The notes: generated from the letters alone by a model not told the origin. A stretch of DNA of 64,000 nucleotides from an uncultured Prochlorococcus sp. (GCA_902564535.1 CACFBG010000004.1:5893-69892); one strand, 5' to 3'. Counted from the first letter of the stretch, positions 1-10,998 are shown. Numbers and translations: made by a program.

Positions 1-741
1 TTCTAAGGGAGTTCCTTCAACAGCTACTAATGAATTAATAGGAATACTCTCTGGATGGGGATCCATATTTGCAAGTATGCATAAAAGAGATGCCCTATCA
101 GTAATGGATTCCCCCATACCGATAATTCCACCACAACAAATAGTAATTCCTGCAGACCTTACTCTTTGCAAGGTTTCCAATCGTTCTTGATAAGTACGAG
201 TAGAAATTATTTTGTCGTAATGCTCTGGGCTTGTATCAAGATTATGGTTATAAGCAGTTAAACCTGCTTGAGCAAGCCTCTTGGCCTGATCATCAGTAAG
301 CATTCCAGCTGTGACACAAGCTTCTAGGCCCAAATCTCTGACTCCACGAACCATCGAAAGCATTGCATCAAAACTCGCTCCATCTCTAATTTCTCTCCAA
401 GCCCAACCCATACAAAAACGATCAGCTCCAGCTTCTTTTGCCGCTCTCGCACGATTTAAGACTGGCTCAACAGACAAATCAGACTGGCCAGTTACATCGC
501 TACTGCTATGAATAGATTGAGGACAATATGCGCAATCTTCTTCACATCCGCCTGTCTTGACACTTAATAAAGATGCAAGCTGAACTTTGTAGCCAGGGTT
601 TGCTTCTCTATGTACACACTGAGCATGCCATAGCAAGTCCATAAGAGGCTGCTCTAACAAATCCTTTATTTCTTCTACCTTCCAGTCATGCCGAAGCACA
701 ATCTTTTGAAATTGTGTTGGTCTAGAGTGAAGTAGTGTCAT
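1..741 (-). CDS. bioB: Biotin synthase (radical SAM). The N-terminal 247 codons are present and the C-terminus runs off the left edge. Not in the ORF track because there is no stop in the window.
   Basis: Manual reverse-complement translation from the ATG at 741-739 gives [46 protein letters not shown]...[19 protein letters not shown]. This carries the CxxxCxxC radical-SAM motif in BioB context. The frame is still open at position 1 (...[20 protein letters not shown]). Confidence 0.85.
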   Translation of the reverse strand, partial: MTLLHSRPTQFQKIVLRHDWKVEEIKDLLEQPLMDLLWHAQCVHREANPGYKVQLASLLSVKTGGCEEDCAYCPQSIHSSSDVTGQSDLSVEPVLNRARAAKEAGADRFCMGWAWREIRDGASFDAMLSMVRGVRDLGLEACVTAGMLTDDQAKRLAQAGLTAYNHNLDTSPEHYDKIISTRTYQERLETLQRVRSAGITICCGGIIGMGESITDRASLLCILANMDPHPESIPINSLVAVEGTPLE

Positions 742-761
742 TAAATAAATAGATCATTTAA

Positions 762-1559
762 TCAAGAATCTGTAAAGTCTGTTTGAACTGGGTCCAAACC
801 TCCAAATCTTCTACAACGAGATTGGTAATCTAATAATGCTCTAGTAAGAGCCTCTTCGGCAAAATCTGGCCATAAAACATCAGTTACATGTATTTCCGAA
901 TAAGCCAATTGCCATAAAAGAAAATTGCTAATTCGCCTTTCACCGCTTGTCCTTATAAGAAGATCAGGATCAACTTCACTTGCGGTATATAACTCAGCAG
1001 CAAACATATTTTCATCAATCTCAGAAGGATCTAAATCACCTTTCGCAGACCTTTCAGCAAGTCTCTGAGCCGCAATTACTAGTTCTCTTCTTCCCCCATA
1101 ATTAGTACAAACATTGAAATGAATCCCTGTATTACCAGAAGTAAGTTCTATAGCCTCTGCAATAAGTTCCTGCAATCTTTCAGGGAGAGCTTTTAATTCT
1201 CCAAGGAAATTAATACGGACCTTTTCTTTTTGTAGTGATTCAAGTTCTCTTTGTAAAACTCGCTCAAATAAAGTCATAAGAAAATTGACTTCATCTCTAG
1301 GTCTAGACCAATTCTCCGTTGAGAAAGCGTAAACAGTTAATGCGCGAATGCCCCAGGTACTGCAAAGTCTCAAGGTTGTTTTTAAAGCTTCAACTCCTGC
1401 TCTATGTCCCATCATTCTGGGCAAGCCTTTAGATTCTGCCCATCTCCCATTCCCATCCATAATAACGGCAACATGGACTGGCAATCGAAGAGGATCTAAT
1501 CCCTTAGGGAATTCACAAATCCTTGAATAATCTGCACTTATAGCCATTGGACCGCTCAC
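762..1559 (-). CDS. uppS: Undecaprenyl (di-trans,poly-cis) pyrophosphate synthase
   Basis: [24 protein letters not shown] and [15 protein letters not shown] are classic cis-prenyltransferase motifs. The start overlaps the upstream gene stop by 4 nt. Confidence 0.9.
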   Translation of the reverse strand: MSGPMAISADYSRICEFPKGLDPLRLPVHVAVIMDGNGRWAESKGLPRMMGHRAGVEALKTTLRLCSTWGIRALTVYAFSTENWSRPRDEVNFLMTLFERVLQRELESLQKEKVRINFLGELKALPERLQELIAEAIELTSGNTGIHFNVCTNYGGRRELVIAAQRLAERSAKGDLDPSEIDENMFAAELYTASEVDPDLLIRTSGERRISNFLLWQLAYSEIHVTDVLWPDFAEEALTRALLDYQSRCRRFGGLDPVQTDFTDS

Positions 1560-2458
1560 TGTGAAGCTTCCTTTTTAGGGTTATGGGTTCCAACGCTAGC
1601 TCTCGAAGCAACCTTTGCCTCTTCTAGAAGAGCCAAAGGCTTTGTATTGCTAGCAATTCCCCCTCCTTTAGCCGATCCCTGAGCAACAGGGGCCCCTAAT
1701 AGGTCTCGAAGAAGCTCTTGTAACCTGCTACTAGTAATTGGTCTCTCTAAGCGGCCCTGATTAGCTAAAGACAAAGTACCTGTCTCCTCCGATACAACGA
1801 CACAAATACATCGATCAAATCTTTCAGTAATACCTAATGCTGCCAAATGACGAGTTCCATAACGGCTTATACCCTGTCTAGATAAGGGCAAAATAACTCC
1901 AGCTGAAACTATACGATTTCCTTTCACCAAAACCGCTCCGTCATGCAAAGGAGTATCAGAAGCAAAAAGGTTCAGTAATAATTCAGTAGATAACTTTGCA
2001 TCAATTGGGACGCCTGGGTAAAGAAAATCTTCTGGACGAAGATCACTTCCCATATCGACAACAACAAGAGCCCCTCTTCTACTTTGAGAAAGTCTTCCAG
2101 CGGCCTCGGCTAAATGCGTAACCGCGGTGGAATTAGAACGAAATTCCTTTTGTGGATTTCCTAGCAAGACAGCTAATCTACCTGTCCCAAGTAATTCCAT
2201 TAAACGTCTTAGTTCCCCTTGCCACAAAATTGCAAGTGATAACGAACATGCAAGAACCAAGGCATCAATAAGCTTTGAGGTTATCGGAAGATTTGCAAAC
2301 CTTTGAACAAACCAAGCCAGTGAAACAAGAAAGAGATAGCCCCTCAACAACCAAAGGGTCCTGGGTTCTTTAACTCTTGCAAAAAGCAGAATGCCAAGGC
2401 CAGCGGCAAACAAAGCATCAATCAATAAACGCAGATCTAACAACCACGACAATTTCAC
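1556..2458 (-). CDS. cdaA: Membrane-anchored diadenylate cyclase (CdaA/DacA type, DisA_N domain)
   Basis: Hydrophobic N-terminal segments are followed by [10 protein letters not shown] and [13 protein letters not shown], which are DAC-domain signatures. Confidence 0.85.
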   Translation of the reverse strand: MKLSWLLDLRLLIDALFAAGLGILLFARVKEPRTLWLLRGYLFLVSLAWFVQRFANLPITSKLIDALVLACSLSLAILWQGELRRLMELLGTGRLAVLLGNPQKEFRSNSTAVTHLAEAAGRLSQSRRGALVVVDMGSDLRPEDFLYPGVPIDAKLSTELLLNLFASDTPLHDGAVLVKGNRIVSAGVILPLSRQGISRYGTRHLAALGITERFDRCICVVVSEETGTLSLANQGRLERPITSSRLQELLRDLLGAPVAQGSAKGGGIASNTKPLALLEEAKVASRASVGTHNPKKEASQ

Positions 2459-2482
2459 TCCTAATCCCCAACCTTCCTTAGC

Positions 2483-3841
2483 CTAGCGTTCAAAACGTTT
2501 AGGGAGAAGGTCAAAAGACAAAAGGTCTTCGGGTTTCTGCCTTTGTTGAATTAAATCTGACATGCCATCCCCAACTATTACTGCCGCAGGACTAGGAATT
2601 CTATTGTAATTAGAACTCATTGAAGCGTTATATGCCCCAGTAGCAAAAACAACTAACAATTCTCCGCTTTCAGATTTAGGTAATAAACATTCTTGGATAA
2701 GTACATCACCTGACTCACAATGCTTTCCAGCAATAGTTACGGTCTCATCTGCCTCATTAAGAGGTCTATCCGCAAGGCAAGCAGTATATAACGATTGGTA
2801 TGTTATTGGTCTAGGGTTATCACTCATTCCACCATCAACAGAAAGATATGTTCTTATCCCAGGAATAGTTTTTCTTGAGCCAATCCTATAAAGAGTTATT
2901 CCAGCTGGAGCAATAAGTGACCTCCCAGGTTCACAAATTAATCTTGGCAATTCTAAATCTCTTTCTTTACAAGCATTAGATACAGATGTTGATATACATT
3001 TAACCCATTCATTAATTGAAGGGGGGTCATCAGACTCTGTATACCGAATACCAAGGCCTCCGCCTACGTTCAAATTTTTCACAGGGTGTCCTATCGACTT
3101 CGCAAGTTTCAATGCATCAGCAAGAACTGACGCTAAGTCTCGATGAGGCTCTAATTCAAAAATCTGAGAACCAATATGGGCATGAATGCCGTTTAAAAGA
3201 GCCCATTTCTTATTTATCAATTCAATTAAAACGTCTTCTAACTGATCAGGATCAAAACCAAATTTACTATCTAAATGACCAGTCTTAATATAATCATGAG
3301 TATGACACTCAATACCTGGAGTAAGACGTAACATTATATTAGCAGGCCTATCTTTATCGATTACTATACTTTCTAATAGTTGAATATCATGATAATTATC
3401 TATAACAATATTAACTCCTTGTTCATAAGCTAATTTCAATTCTTCCTTAGACTTATTGTTTCCATGCAAAACAATATTTTCGCCTGCGATACCTGCCTTT
3501 AAAGCAGTTATAAGTTCACCTTCAGATACTGCATCTAATCCAAATCCTTCTTGACAGATCACTGTGCTTATTGCAATTGAGCTATTTGCCTTTGAAGCAT
3601 ATAAAGGAAGAGATTGGCCTTCATAATGTTCAGCCAAGGAATTTTTATAAGCTTTACATGATGTCCTTAAACTATTCTCATCAATTACATATAAGGGCGT
3701 TCCATATTCATCAGCAAGCGCACTAAGCAGGCAACCTCCAACCATTAACTTGCCTTGCTCATCAATTTCGGATGTAATAGGAGAGATATTTCGATTTGGG
3801 CTCTTTAGATCAAGCTTTGCCTCATAAGGTCTTCTATCCAT
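2483..3841 (-). CDS. lysA: Diaminopimelate decarboxylase
   Basis: Fold-III PLP decarboxylase pattern: YASKAN, HIGSQ, GGGLGI, EPGRSL, CESGD. Confidence 0.9.
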   Translation of the reverse strand: MDRRPYEAKLDLKSPNRNISPITSEIDEQGKLMVGGCLLSALADEYGTPLYVIDENSLRTSCKAYKNSLAEHYEGQSLPLYASKANSSIAISTVICQEGFGLDAVSEGELITALKAGIAGENIVLHGNNKSKEELKLAYEQGVNIVIDNYHDIQLLESIVIDKDRPANIMLRLTPGIECHTHDYIKTGHLDSKFGFDPDQLEDVLIELINKKWALLNGIHAHIGSQIFELEPHRDLASVLADALKLAKSIGHPVKNLNVGGGLGIRYTESDDPPSINEWVKCISTSVSNACKERDLELPRLICEPGRSLIAPAGITLYRIGSRKTIPGIRTYLSVDGGMSDNPRPITYQSLYTACLADRPLNEADETVTIAGKHCESGDVLIQECLLPKSESGELLVVFATGAYNASMSSNYNRIPSPAAVIVGDGMSDLIQQRQKPEDLLSFDLLPKRFER

Positions 3842-3910
3842 AAAAAGAACTCTCTATTAATTGCAAATAATATTCAATTTAGAGAGTCATGAACCATTTT
3901 CAAAATCACC

Positions 3911-4384
3911 ATGAATGGATTTACTTCCAAAAAGAAAAATAGCTATAAAACAATTTCACTCACCCTTAATCATTCAACTTTGTGCAAAACGCTTGACGAT
4001 CTTGTACTTAACGGGATGTGGAGTAATGATCATTGGGAACAAGAATTAATTGACTCAAGAAGAATTTGTGTTGGAACAATTAATGGTCAGACACTTCTGG
4101 CATTGGCCACTGGCCATATGGTGATTGATGAATTTCATCTGACAGCAATTGCAGTTCACCCTAAGCATCAAAAAAAAGGTCTAGGGAAGTCAATCCTTTC
4201 AAACATTTTTAAGAAGGCAAAAACAAAAGGTGCAAAACTTGCAACTTTAGAAGTAGACAGAGAGAATTACCCTGCATTAAATTTCTACAAGAGTCAAGGC
4301 TTCAAAACCACTGGAATAAGAAAAAAATATTGCAGGAATGGAAACGATGCTTTCATTCAATCCCTTGATCTAAAAAATCCTTAA
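3911..4384 (+). CDS. rimI: GNAT N-acetyltransferase, RimI-like
   Basis: Acetyl-CoA binding motif HPKHQKKGLGKSIL, then LEV...N..A..FY...GF. The size is typical of RimI. Confidence 0.55.
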   Translation: MNGFTSKKKNSYKTISLTLNHSTLCKTLDDLVLNGMWSNDHWEQELIDSRRICVGTINGQTLLALATGHMVIDEFHLTAIAVHPKHQKKGLGKSILSNIFKKAKTKGAKLATLEVDRENYPALNFYKSQGFKTTGIRKKYCRNGNDAFIQSLDLKNP

Positions 4385-4572
4385 AAGAAGGCCACCAGAT
4401 AACATTACGGTTTACCGGCCATGAAACTAGGGTAATCATATTGCTTTGAACAAAGATTTTACTTTTGACCTGCGAAGAGCAGTTAATAACTAAGAGATGA
4501 AATAAAAGACATTTCTACCACAATCCCAGGGTAATCCTGATAAGTTAGTTAAACATGCACGTGGCTTAGACC

Positions 4573-7146
4573 ATGTTCGAAAGGTTTACAGAGAAAGCCA
4601 TCAAAGTGATCATGCTGGCTCAGGAAGAAGCCCGCCGGCTAGGTCATAATTTTGTAGGTACCGAACAAATCCTGTTGGGCCTTATAGGAGAAGGAACTGG
4701 GGTAGCCGCAAAGGTTCTTAAATCAATGGGTGTGAACCTTAAGGATGCAAGAGTAGAAGTAGAAAAAATCATTGGTCGTGGTTCAGGTTTTGTAGCAGTA
4801 GAAATTCCTTTCACCCCAAGAGCAAAAAGAGTACTTGAGTTATCTCTAGAAGAAGCAAGACAATTAGGCCACAATTACATAGGTACAGAACACCTCCTGC
4901 TAGGACTTATACGAGAAGGAGAAGGTGTTGCAGCAAGAGTGCTAGAGAATCTTGGAGTAGATCTTACGAAAGTTCGTACTCAAGTTATACGTATGCTTGG
5001 TGAAACAGCAGAAGTATCTGCTGGTGGAGGTGGAAGTAGCAAGGGATCCCTAAAGACTGCAACCCTTGATGAATTTGGCACTAATTTAACGAAACTCGCA
5101 AGTGAATCAAAATTAGACCCAGTAGTAGGACGACAAAATGAAATAGATAGGGTGATTCAAATCCTTGGACGAAGAACTAAAAACAATCCTGTATTAATTG
5201 GTGAACCCGGCGTCGGCAAAACAGCTATAGCAGAAGGTCTTGCTCAAAGGATTCAACAAGGAGAAATTCCTGATATTCTCGAAGAAAAAAGAGTATTAAC
5301 TCTTGATATAGGTTTATTAGTTGCTGGAACTAAATATCGAGGAGAATTTGAAGAAAGATTAAAAAAAATAATGGAAGAAATTAAATCTGCTGGTAACGTT
5401 ATTCTTGTAATAGATGAAGTTCATACTCTGATTGGTGCAGGTGCAGCAGAGGGAGCAATAGATGCAGCCAACATCCTTAAGCCAGCCCTTGCCAGAGGAG
5501 AACTTCAGTGCATTGGAGCAACCACATTAGATGAATATAGGAAACATATTGAAAGGGACGCTGCACTAGAAAGAAGATTCCAACCAGTAATGGTAGGAGA
5601 ACCTTCTATTGAAGATACTATTGAAATACTTCGTGGCCTTAGAGAAAGATACGAACAACACCACAGACTAAAAATAACTGATGAAGCACTTGATGCTGCT
5701 GCAAATCTAGGGGATAGATATATATCAGACAGGTTCCTTCCTGATAAAGCAATAGACTTAATTGATGAAGCTGGAAGTCGAGTGAGATTATTAAACTCTA
5801 AGCTACCACCAGAAGCAAAAGAAGTAGATAAAGAACTTAGAAAGATTCAAAAAGAGAAAGAAGAAGCAGTAAGGAATCAAGACTTTACCCAAGCAGGAGA
5901 GTTAAGAGAAAAAGAAGTATCATTAAGAGACAAAATAAAGTCCTTACTTGAAATAAATAAACAAGATAATACTGAGAAATCAAATACAACTAATGATATT
6001 AATATAAAACAAGATGACAAAAATAATGCAGATCAAAGTAATACTGAGATAGATAATGATGCATTATCAAGCCCAACTGTTGGAGAGGAAGATATTGCAC
6101 AAATTGTAGCGTCATGGACAGGTGTTCCCGTTCAAAAGCTTACAGAAAGTGAGTCTGTAAAACTATTACATATGGAAGAAACGCTTCACCAAAGGTTAAT
6201 AGGACAAGATGAAGCAGTTAAAGCTGTTTCCAAGGCAATAAGAAGAGCAAGAGTAGGTCTGAAGAATCCAAATCGTCCTATAGCAAGTTTCATTTTTTCT
6301 GGCCCAACAGGAGTTGGTAAAACAGAGCTAACAAAAGCTTTAGCTACTTATTTCTTTGGAAGCGAAGAAGCGATGATTAGACTTGACATGTCTGAATTTA
6401 TGGAGAGACATACTGTTAGCAAACTTATAGGCTCACCTCCTGGTTATGTCGGATTCAATGAAGGAGGACAATTAACTGAAGCTGTAAGGAGGAGGCCTTA
6501 TACAGTAGTTTTATTTGATGAAATAGAAAAAGCTCATCCAGATGTTTTCAATCTTCTTCTGCAACTTTTAGAAGAAGGAAGGCTCACTGATTCAAAAGGA
6601 AGAACGGTTGATTTCAAAAATACATTAATAATCATGACATCCAATATAGGTTCTAAAGTTATAGAAAAAGGAGGAGGTGGACTTGGCTTTGAATTCTCTG
6701 GAGAGAATGCTGAAGATAGCCAATACAACAGAATTAGATCTTTAGTTAATGAAGAATTAAAGCAATACTTTAGACCAGAGTTTCTAAATAGATTAGATGA
6801 AATAATAGTCTTCAGACAATTAACTAGAGATGAAGTAAAAGAAATTGCCGAAATAATGTTAAGAGAAGTTTTCTCTAGAATCGAAGATAAAGGTATTAAA
6901 TTAGATGTTTCTAATGCATTTAAAGAAAGGCTAGTAGAAGAAGGATACAACCCTTCTTATGGAGCCAGGCCTCTTCGTCGTGCGGTCATGAGATTACTAG
7001 AAGATAGTCTTGCGGAAGAAGTACTTTCAGGAAGAATTAAAGATGGAGATGAAGCACTTGTTGATATTGATGAAAACAAACAAGTTATAGTCAAGAATCT
7101 TGGCGCAAGCACTTCCAAGCAAGAACTTGCAAGTGCAAGCGTTTAA
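4573..7146 (+). CDS. clpC: ATP-dependent Clp protease ATP-binding subunit ClpC
   Basis: Duplicated Clp_N repeats, two Walker A motifs ([16 protein letters not shown]), a UVR-like linker, and a C-terminal D2-small domain (GARPLRRA). Confidence 0.95.
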   Translation: MFERFTEKAIKVIMLAQEEARRLGHNFVGTEQILLGLIGEGTGVAAKVLKSMGVNLKDARVEVEKIIGRGSGFVAVEIPFTPRAKRVLELSLEEARQLGHNYIGTEHLLLGLIREGEGVAARVLENLGVDLTKVRTQVIRMLGETAEVSAGGGGSSKGSLKTATLDEFGTNLTKLASESKLDPVVGRQNEIDRVIQILGRRTKNNPVLIGEPGVGKTAIAEGLAQRIQQGEIPDILEEKRVLTLDIGLLVAGTKYRGEFEERLKKIMEEIKSAGNVILVIDEVHTLIGAGAAEGAIDAANILKPALARGELQCIGATTLDEYRKHIERDAALERRFQPVMVGEPSIEDTIEILRGLRERYEQHHRLKITDEALDAAANLGDRYISDRFLPDKAIDLIDEAGSRVRLLNSKLPPEAKEVDKELRKIQKEKEEAVRNQDFTQAGELREKEVSLRDKIKSLLEINKQDNTEKSNTTNDINIKQDDKNNADQSNTEIDNDALSSPTVGEEDIAQIVASWTGVPVQKLTESESVKLLHMEETLHQRLIGQDEAVKAVSKAIRRARVGLKNPNRPIASFIFSGPTGVGKTELTKALATYFFGSEEAMIRLDMSEFMERHTVSKLIGSPPGYVGFNEGGQLTEAVRRRPYTVVLFDEIEKAHPDVFNLLLQLLEEGRLTDSKGRTVDFKNTLIIMTSNIGSKVIEKGGGGLGFEFSGENAEDSQYNRIRSLVNEELKQYFRPEFLNRLDEIIVFRQLTRDEVKEIAEIMLREVFSRIEDKGIKLDVSNAFKERLVEEGYNPSYGARPLRRAVMRLLEDSLAEEVLSGRIKDGDEALVDIDENKQVIVKNLGASTSKQELASASV

Positions 7147-7167
7147 AAGTAAATTTTAATTAGAAAT

Positions 7168-8310
7168 ATGGAGCAAGAAACAACATCTCAATTCATTGCG
7201 CCAAAAAAAGTATCAAAGGGAGAGAATGCTTGGGAAGCAACTAAATACTCTATTCCTTTTATAAGCAAGAGGCCTTTATTACTAGGCAGAAGTAACTATA
7301 CATTAAACATACGCAATAAAATCAAATTTGATCTCGAGAGTCTTAATCTTAAAGTTTTACACGAAAAACTTACATTTGATTGCTGTGATTTAGATTTAGA
7401 AAGAATAGAATATATCTCCAAGGAATCATCTTGTGATTCAATAATAGCCACTGGAGGAGGCAAAGTACTAGATGCTGGGAAACTTATAGCGGATAGATTA
7501 AATATTCCTTGTATAACTATTCCTTTAAGTGCTGCAACTTGCGCCGGTTGGACTGCTTTATCAAATATTTATTCTCCCCAAGGTGCGTTTATTAAAGATA
7601 TAGCCCTAAAAAATTGCCCTGATTTATTGATTCTTGATCATAACTTTATCAAACTAGCACCTTCAAATACATTAGCGAGTGGGATTGCAGATGCTTTAGC
7701 AAAGTGGTATGAATCTTCTATAAGTTGTGGCTCGAGTAATGATGGAATGGTTCAACAAGCTGTTCAATTATCAAGAGTTTTAAGAGATCAACTTCTATTA
7801 AATGGCTATGAATCATATTTAGACAATAAAAATAGTAATTGGGAAAGCACAGTAGAAGGATGTGCTCTTAGTGCTGGACTTATTGGAGGAATAGGTGGTG
7901 CTAAATGTAGGACAGCTGCCGCACATGCTGTTCATAATGGATTAACTCAACTAAAAGGAACAAAAAAAACATTGCATGGAGAAATAGTAGGTTTTGGAAT
8001 ATTTGTCCAACTCAAACTAGAAGAACTTTTTCTTAATAGTCAATTGGCTCAACAAAAGCGTCATCAACTTAGAGGCTTACTACATCAATTGAAAATACCA
8101 TTAACATTAGATGATCTTGGCTTCGCAAATTCATCAGAAGATGAACTTAAGGAAGCCTGTATTTTTGCTTGCAAAAAAGGAGTAGGGATGGAAAATTTAC
8201 CATTTAATGTAACCAGTGAAATCCTCTTAAAAGCTATAAAGCAAGCATCTAATGAAGAGAGTATTTTTAAGAAAAAATCATCAAAATCAATAATTGGTAA
8301 CCAAAATTGA
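7168..8310 (+). CDS. Iron-containing alcohol dehydrogenase family, glycerol-dehydrogenase-like
   Basis: GGGKVLDAGK, ADALAKWYE and HAVHNGLT resemble GldA-family motifs. Confidence 0.65.
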   Translation: MEQETTSQFIAPKKVSKGENAWEATKYSIPFISKRPLLLGRSNYTLNIRNKIKFDLESLNLKVLHEKLTFDCCDLDLERIEYISKESSCDSIIATGGGKVLDAGKLIADRLNIPCITIPLSAATCAGWTALSNIYSPQGAFIKDIALKNCPDLLILDHNFIKLAPSNTLASGIADALAKWYESSISCGSSNDGMVQQAVQLSRVLRDQLLLNGYESYLDNKNSNWESTVEGCALSAGLIGGIGGAKCRTAAAHAVHNGLTQLKGTKKTLHGEIVGFGIFVQLKLEELFLNSQLAQQKRHQLRGLLHQLKIPLTLDDLGFANSSEDELKEACIFACKKGVGMENLPFNVTSEILLKAIKQASNEESIFKKKSSKSIIGNQN

Positions 8311-9204
8311 TTAAAAGAGGAAAATCAATTCTAACTTCTAGGGAAACTTTAAATAATGCAAAGGAAAAGCTTTTAGATCCTCTTGCTATTAAACTTGCAA
8401 ATAATATCGAATGGTGGGAAATAAATGATGAAGTTTCCGGAATTAATTATGAATCACCCGTTGTAAGTACAGGACAAGGAGAGACAATAATGATGCTACA
8501 TGGTTTTGATAGCTGTTTTCTTGAATTTCGACGTCTAGTTCCACTATTAAGTAAAAACTATAAGATCATTATTCCCGATATGTTTGGATTTGGTTTTTGC
8601 CCTAGACCATCAAATGCGAATTACGGAAAGGAAGCTATTATTTCACATTTAATAAAGATTCTATCTCAATTAAATAATAAAAAATCGATTGGATTAATAG
8701 GAGCCTCAATGGGAGGAGGTATTGCCTTAGAACTAGCACGCAGATGCCCAAACAAAATAAATAGATTACTTCTTTTATCTCCTGCAGGCCTAACTGGTGA
8801 ACAAAAAAAATTACCCCCTTTAATCGATATGATTGGGGTTTGGTTTCTAAGCCAACCATGTGTAAGGAGAAGCCTTTGTAAACAAGCCTTTGCGAATCCC
8901 AAAGTAAGTGTTGGGGAAGCGGAAGAACAAATTGCTTCTATCCATCTTGCAATGCCTGGATGGAAGGAATCACTTGCGACCTTCGCTAGAGGTGGAGGAC
9001 TAGCAGCTTGCGGCTACCCCCTCCCCCCCCCAGCCACTAGAAGTTTTATGGGGATCAAAAGATCGAATTTTAAAAGGTAATGTCAAAAAAGAAACTTTTG
9101 AACTTTTAGGTCAATATGTTCAAGAGATTGAGAATTGTGGTCATCTTCCACATTTAGATCAACCAAATATTGTCGCAAAAACATGGCATAAGAAAAATAC
9201 ATAA
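8307..9204 (+). pseudogene. Alpha/beta-fold hydrolase interrupted by a frameshift in a poly-C tract. The ORF-track frame ends at 9080. The conserved C-terminus continues in another frame to the TAA at 9202-9204.
   Basis: The N-terminal part has HGFDS and the nucleophile elbow GASMGG. After C5-T-C9 (9017-9031) the annotated frame reads ...PPPATRSFMGIKRSNFKR*. The frame reached by removing one C reads ...LPPQPLEVLWGSKDRILKGNVKKETFELLGQYVQEIENCGHLPHLDQPNIVAKTWHKKNT*, which is the expected hydrolase C-terminus including the catalytic His (GHLPH). Confidence 0.7.
9017..9031. repeat. Homopolymeric tract CCCCC-T-CCCCCCCCC
   Basis: Read directly from the sequence. A C9 run is conspicuous against the AT-rich background. 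Confidence 0.95.
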
Positions 9205-9206
9205 AA

Positions 9207-9845
9207 TTGAATTTAAATAACACCAAACGATCTAACCCTTTCCTTCAAGTTATTTCTCTAGGTATAGAATTATGGATTAGGGGAAATTGCAATTCTATAG
9301 AATCAATTAAAATTAAACTTTTAGCTACATTAAGTGAAGCTTGGGGAGGAAAGCTATCTGGCATCAATTTAAAGGCAAAAGAAGTTGATTTCAATTCCAT
9401 TTATATACAAAATCTATATTTATTAACTGGACCAATTAATCTCAACACTAATTTGTTTAACAAAAGCAAAGGTATTATTCTCTCAAAAAACTTTTCAATT
9501 GAAGGAGAACTCACTTTAAGCGAAAAGAATCTAATAGATACCATTAATGCACCTAAATGGAAATGGATAAAAGAATGGCTTTCTAAAAATCTAATCCAAG
9601 GGGAGAGCTTTATCTATTGCAAATTTTCAGAACAAGGTCTGATAATAGTTTCAGAAAGCATAGATAATAAGCTCAAAACTGAGCATAAGATAAGCATTGA
9701 AGTCGCTAACAATACATTATGCTTGAAAAATTCAACCCAATCAAATAATAATTTTCTTCCTATGGATCCTTCGATAAAAATAACAGATATGAAATTAAAA
9801 AATAATACACTATTATTACTCTTCAATTCATTGGTAAATCTTTAA
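9207..9845 (+). CDS. Hypothetical protein, possibly a DUF2993/LmeA-like lipid-binding family member
   Basis: Long ORF with a TTG start immediately after the hydrolase C-terminal frame. The family assignment is a weak impression only. Confidence 0.4.
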   Translation: MNLNNTKRSNPFLQVISLGIELWIRGNCNSIESIKIKLLATLSEAWGGKLSGINLKAKEVDFNSIYIQNLYLLTGPINLNTNLFNKSKGIILSKNFSIEGELTLSEKNLIDTINAPKWKWIKEWLSKNLIQGESFIYCKFSEQGLIIVSESIDNKLKTEHKISIEVANNTLCLKNSTQSNNNFLPMDPSIKITDMKLKNNTLLLLFNSLVNL

Positions 9846-9851
9846 AGATTG

Positions 9852-10736
9852 TTATTTACTAATAAAAGGTAATATAATTAATAGAGAATAATATACTACT
9901 GCCGGTGTAAATAAATAACTATCTATTCTATCAAGAATTCCTCCATGCCCTGGTATAACATCTCCAGAATCTTTAAGGCCCGCATTCCTTTTCATCATAG
10001 ATTCAGTTAGATCCCCTACTAAAGCAAAAAAAGCAACTAATGAACCTAAAATTGCTCCAATAAAAACTCCATAATTCCACTGAAGAATTAATCCTCCAAG
10101 AGCGCCTGTAAACATTGCACAAATCAAACCTCCCAAAGCTCCTTCGACAGTTTTTCCTGGAGATATTGGAGACAAAGGTTTACTCCCAAATTTACAACCT
10201 ATCCAAAACGAACCAATATCGCTTGCAACTATCATTAAGCAAGCGAAGAAAGTTATAGTCATGCCAGAAAAAAATATTTCATTTGTATTTCCCAAGAAAT
10301 CCAACCCAGACACAAAGCCTAAATCACTTAAATTTCTAAGTCTTATCCAATGGCTTGGCAAAAAACCTAAGTAAAATAATCCAAAAATAGAAGCTGCAAT
10401 ATCTGCAATAGAGCCAGTTTTTGGTTGCAGTAAAAGCCAACCACATATTGCAGCTCCAGACAAAGGCAAAACAGCATCACTCCACTGTGAAATAGTATCT
10501 GTCTCCTCTGCTAGCTGAGAACTAATAAGCAATATTTGACAAGCAACAAGTGTAGTCTTTGTTGCAGGTCTTATGCCTGTAAATTGTGCCATCCTAAAGA
10601 ATTCAACCAAGGCAAGATGGACTATCACTCCTAAAGCCAAGGTGAACCACCAACCACCAAGGCCAACAACCAATATCCCGAAAAGACCAGCCAAAACACC
10701 GCTTAAAACTCTTTTTCTAGGAAAGATAATTGCCAT
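9852..10736 (-). CDS. cdsA: Phosphatidate cytidylyltransferase (CDP-diglyceride synthase)
   Basis: Polytopic membrane protein with the C-terminal signature SMMKRNAGLKDSGDVIPGHGGILDRIDS. Confidence 0.9.
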   Translation of the reverse strand: MAIIFPRKRVLSGVLAGLFGILVVGLGGWWFTLALGVIVHLALVEFFRMAQFTGIRPATKTTLVACQILLISSQLAEETDTISQWSDAVLPLSGAAICGWLLLQPKTGSIADIAASIFGLFYLGFLPSHWIRLRNLSDLGFVSGLDFLGNTNEIFFSGMTITFFACLMIVASDIGSFWIGCKFGSKPLSPISPGKTVEGALGGLICAMFTGALGGLILQWNYGVFIGAILGSLVAFFALVGDLTESMMKRNAGLKDSGDVIPGHGGILDRIDSYLFTPAVVYYSLLIILPFISK

Positions 10737-10958
10737 AAGTAAGAACTGAGATCAAGTTAATCTTCTTTAGATTCAAGTAAATTAAAACATTAATTATAGC
10801 CAAATAAAATCCTAAGACATTTAATAAAAAACTAAAGTCTTATTATATAGTTTCAATATGAATAATGAATTAAGTGCTCAAATCAAAATAAAATATGCTA
10901 CATAAACGAATTGGAATAACACATCATATTTTCCATCATCTTAAAGTAATAGAGATTC

Positions 10959-10998
10959 TAAGTAAAAACTAGCAAAGTTAAGTAACAACTAGCAAAGT
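10959..10998. repeat. Tandem 20-bp direct repeat (TAAGTAAAAACTAGCAAAGT / TAAGTAACAACTAGCAAAGT) straddling the stop codon of the decarboxylase gene
   Basis: Read directly from the sequence; 19 of 20 positions are identical. Confidence 0.9.

Noticed and set aside
4429-4536. 9-nt direct repeat AGGGTAATC occurring twice, 99 nt apart (4429-4437 and 4528-4536), in the clpC upstream region
   Set aside because: It is short enough to be coincidence within a 190-nt spacer. I found no supporting dyad symmetry or known operator consensus.
4644-6950. Antisense ORFs inside clpC (4644..4874 and 6534..6950). Similar shadow ORFs lie inside lysA (3016..3288), folD (34629..35153), gyrA (44218..44412, 45462..45813), the guaB-like gene (46883..47874), chlI (52939..53604) and other genes.
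   Set aside because: Each lies wholly within, and opposite to or out of frame with, a long ORF that carries unmistakable conserved motifs. Their compositions are low-complexity (Ser/Leu/Pro/Ile-rich), as is typical of non-coding frames.
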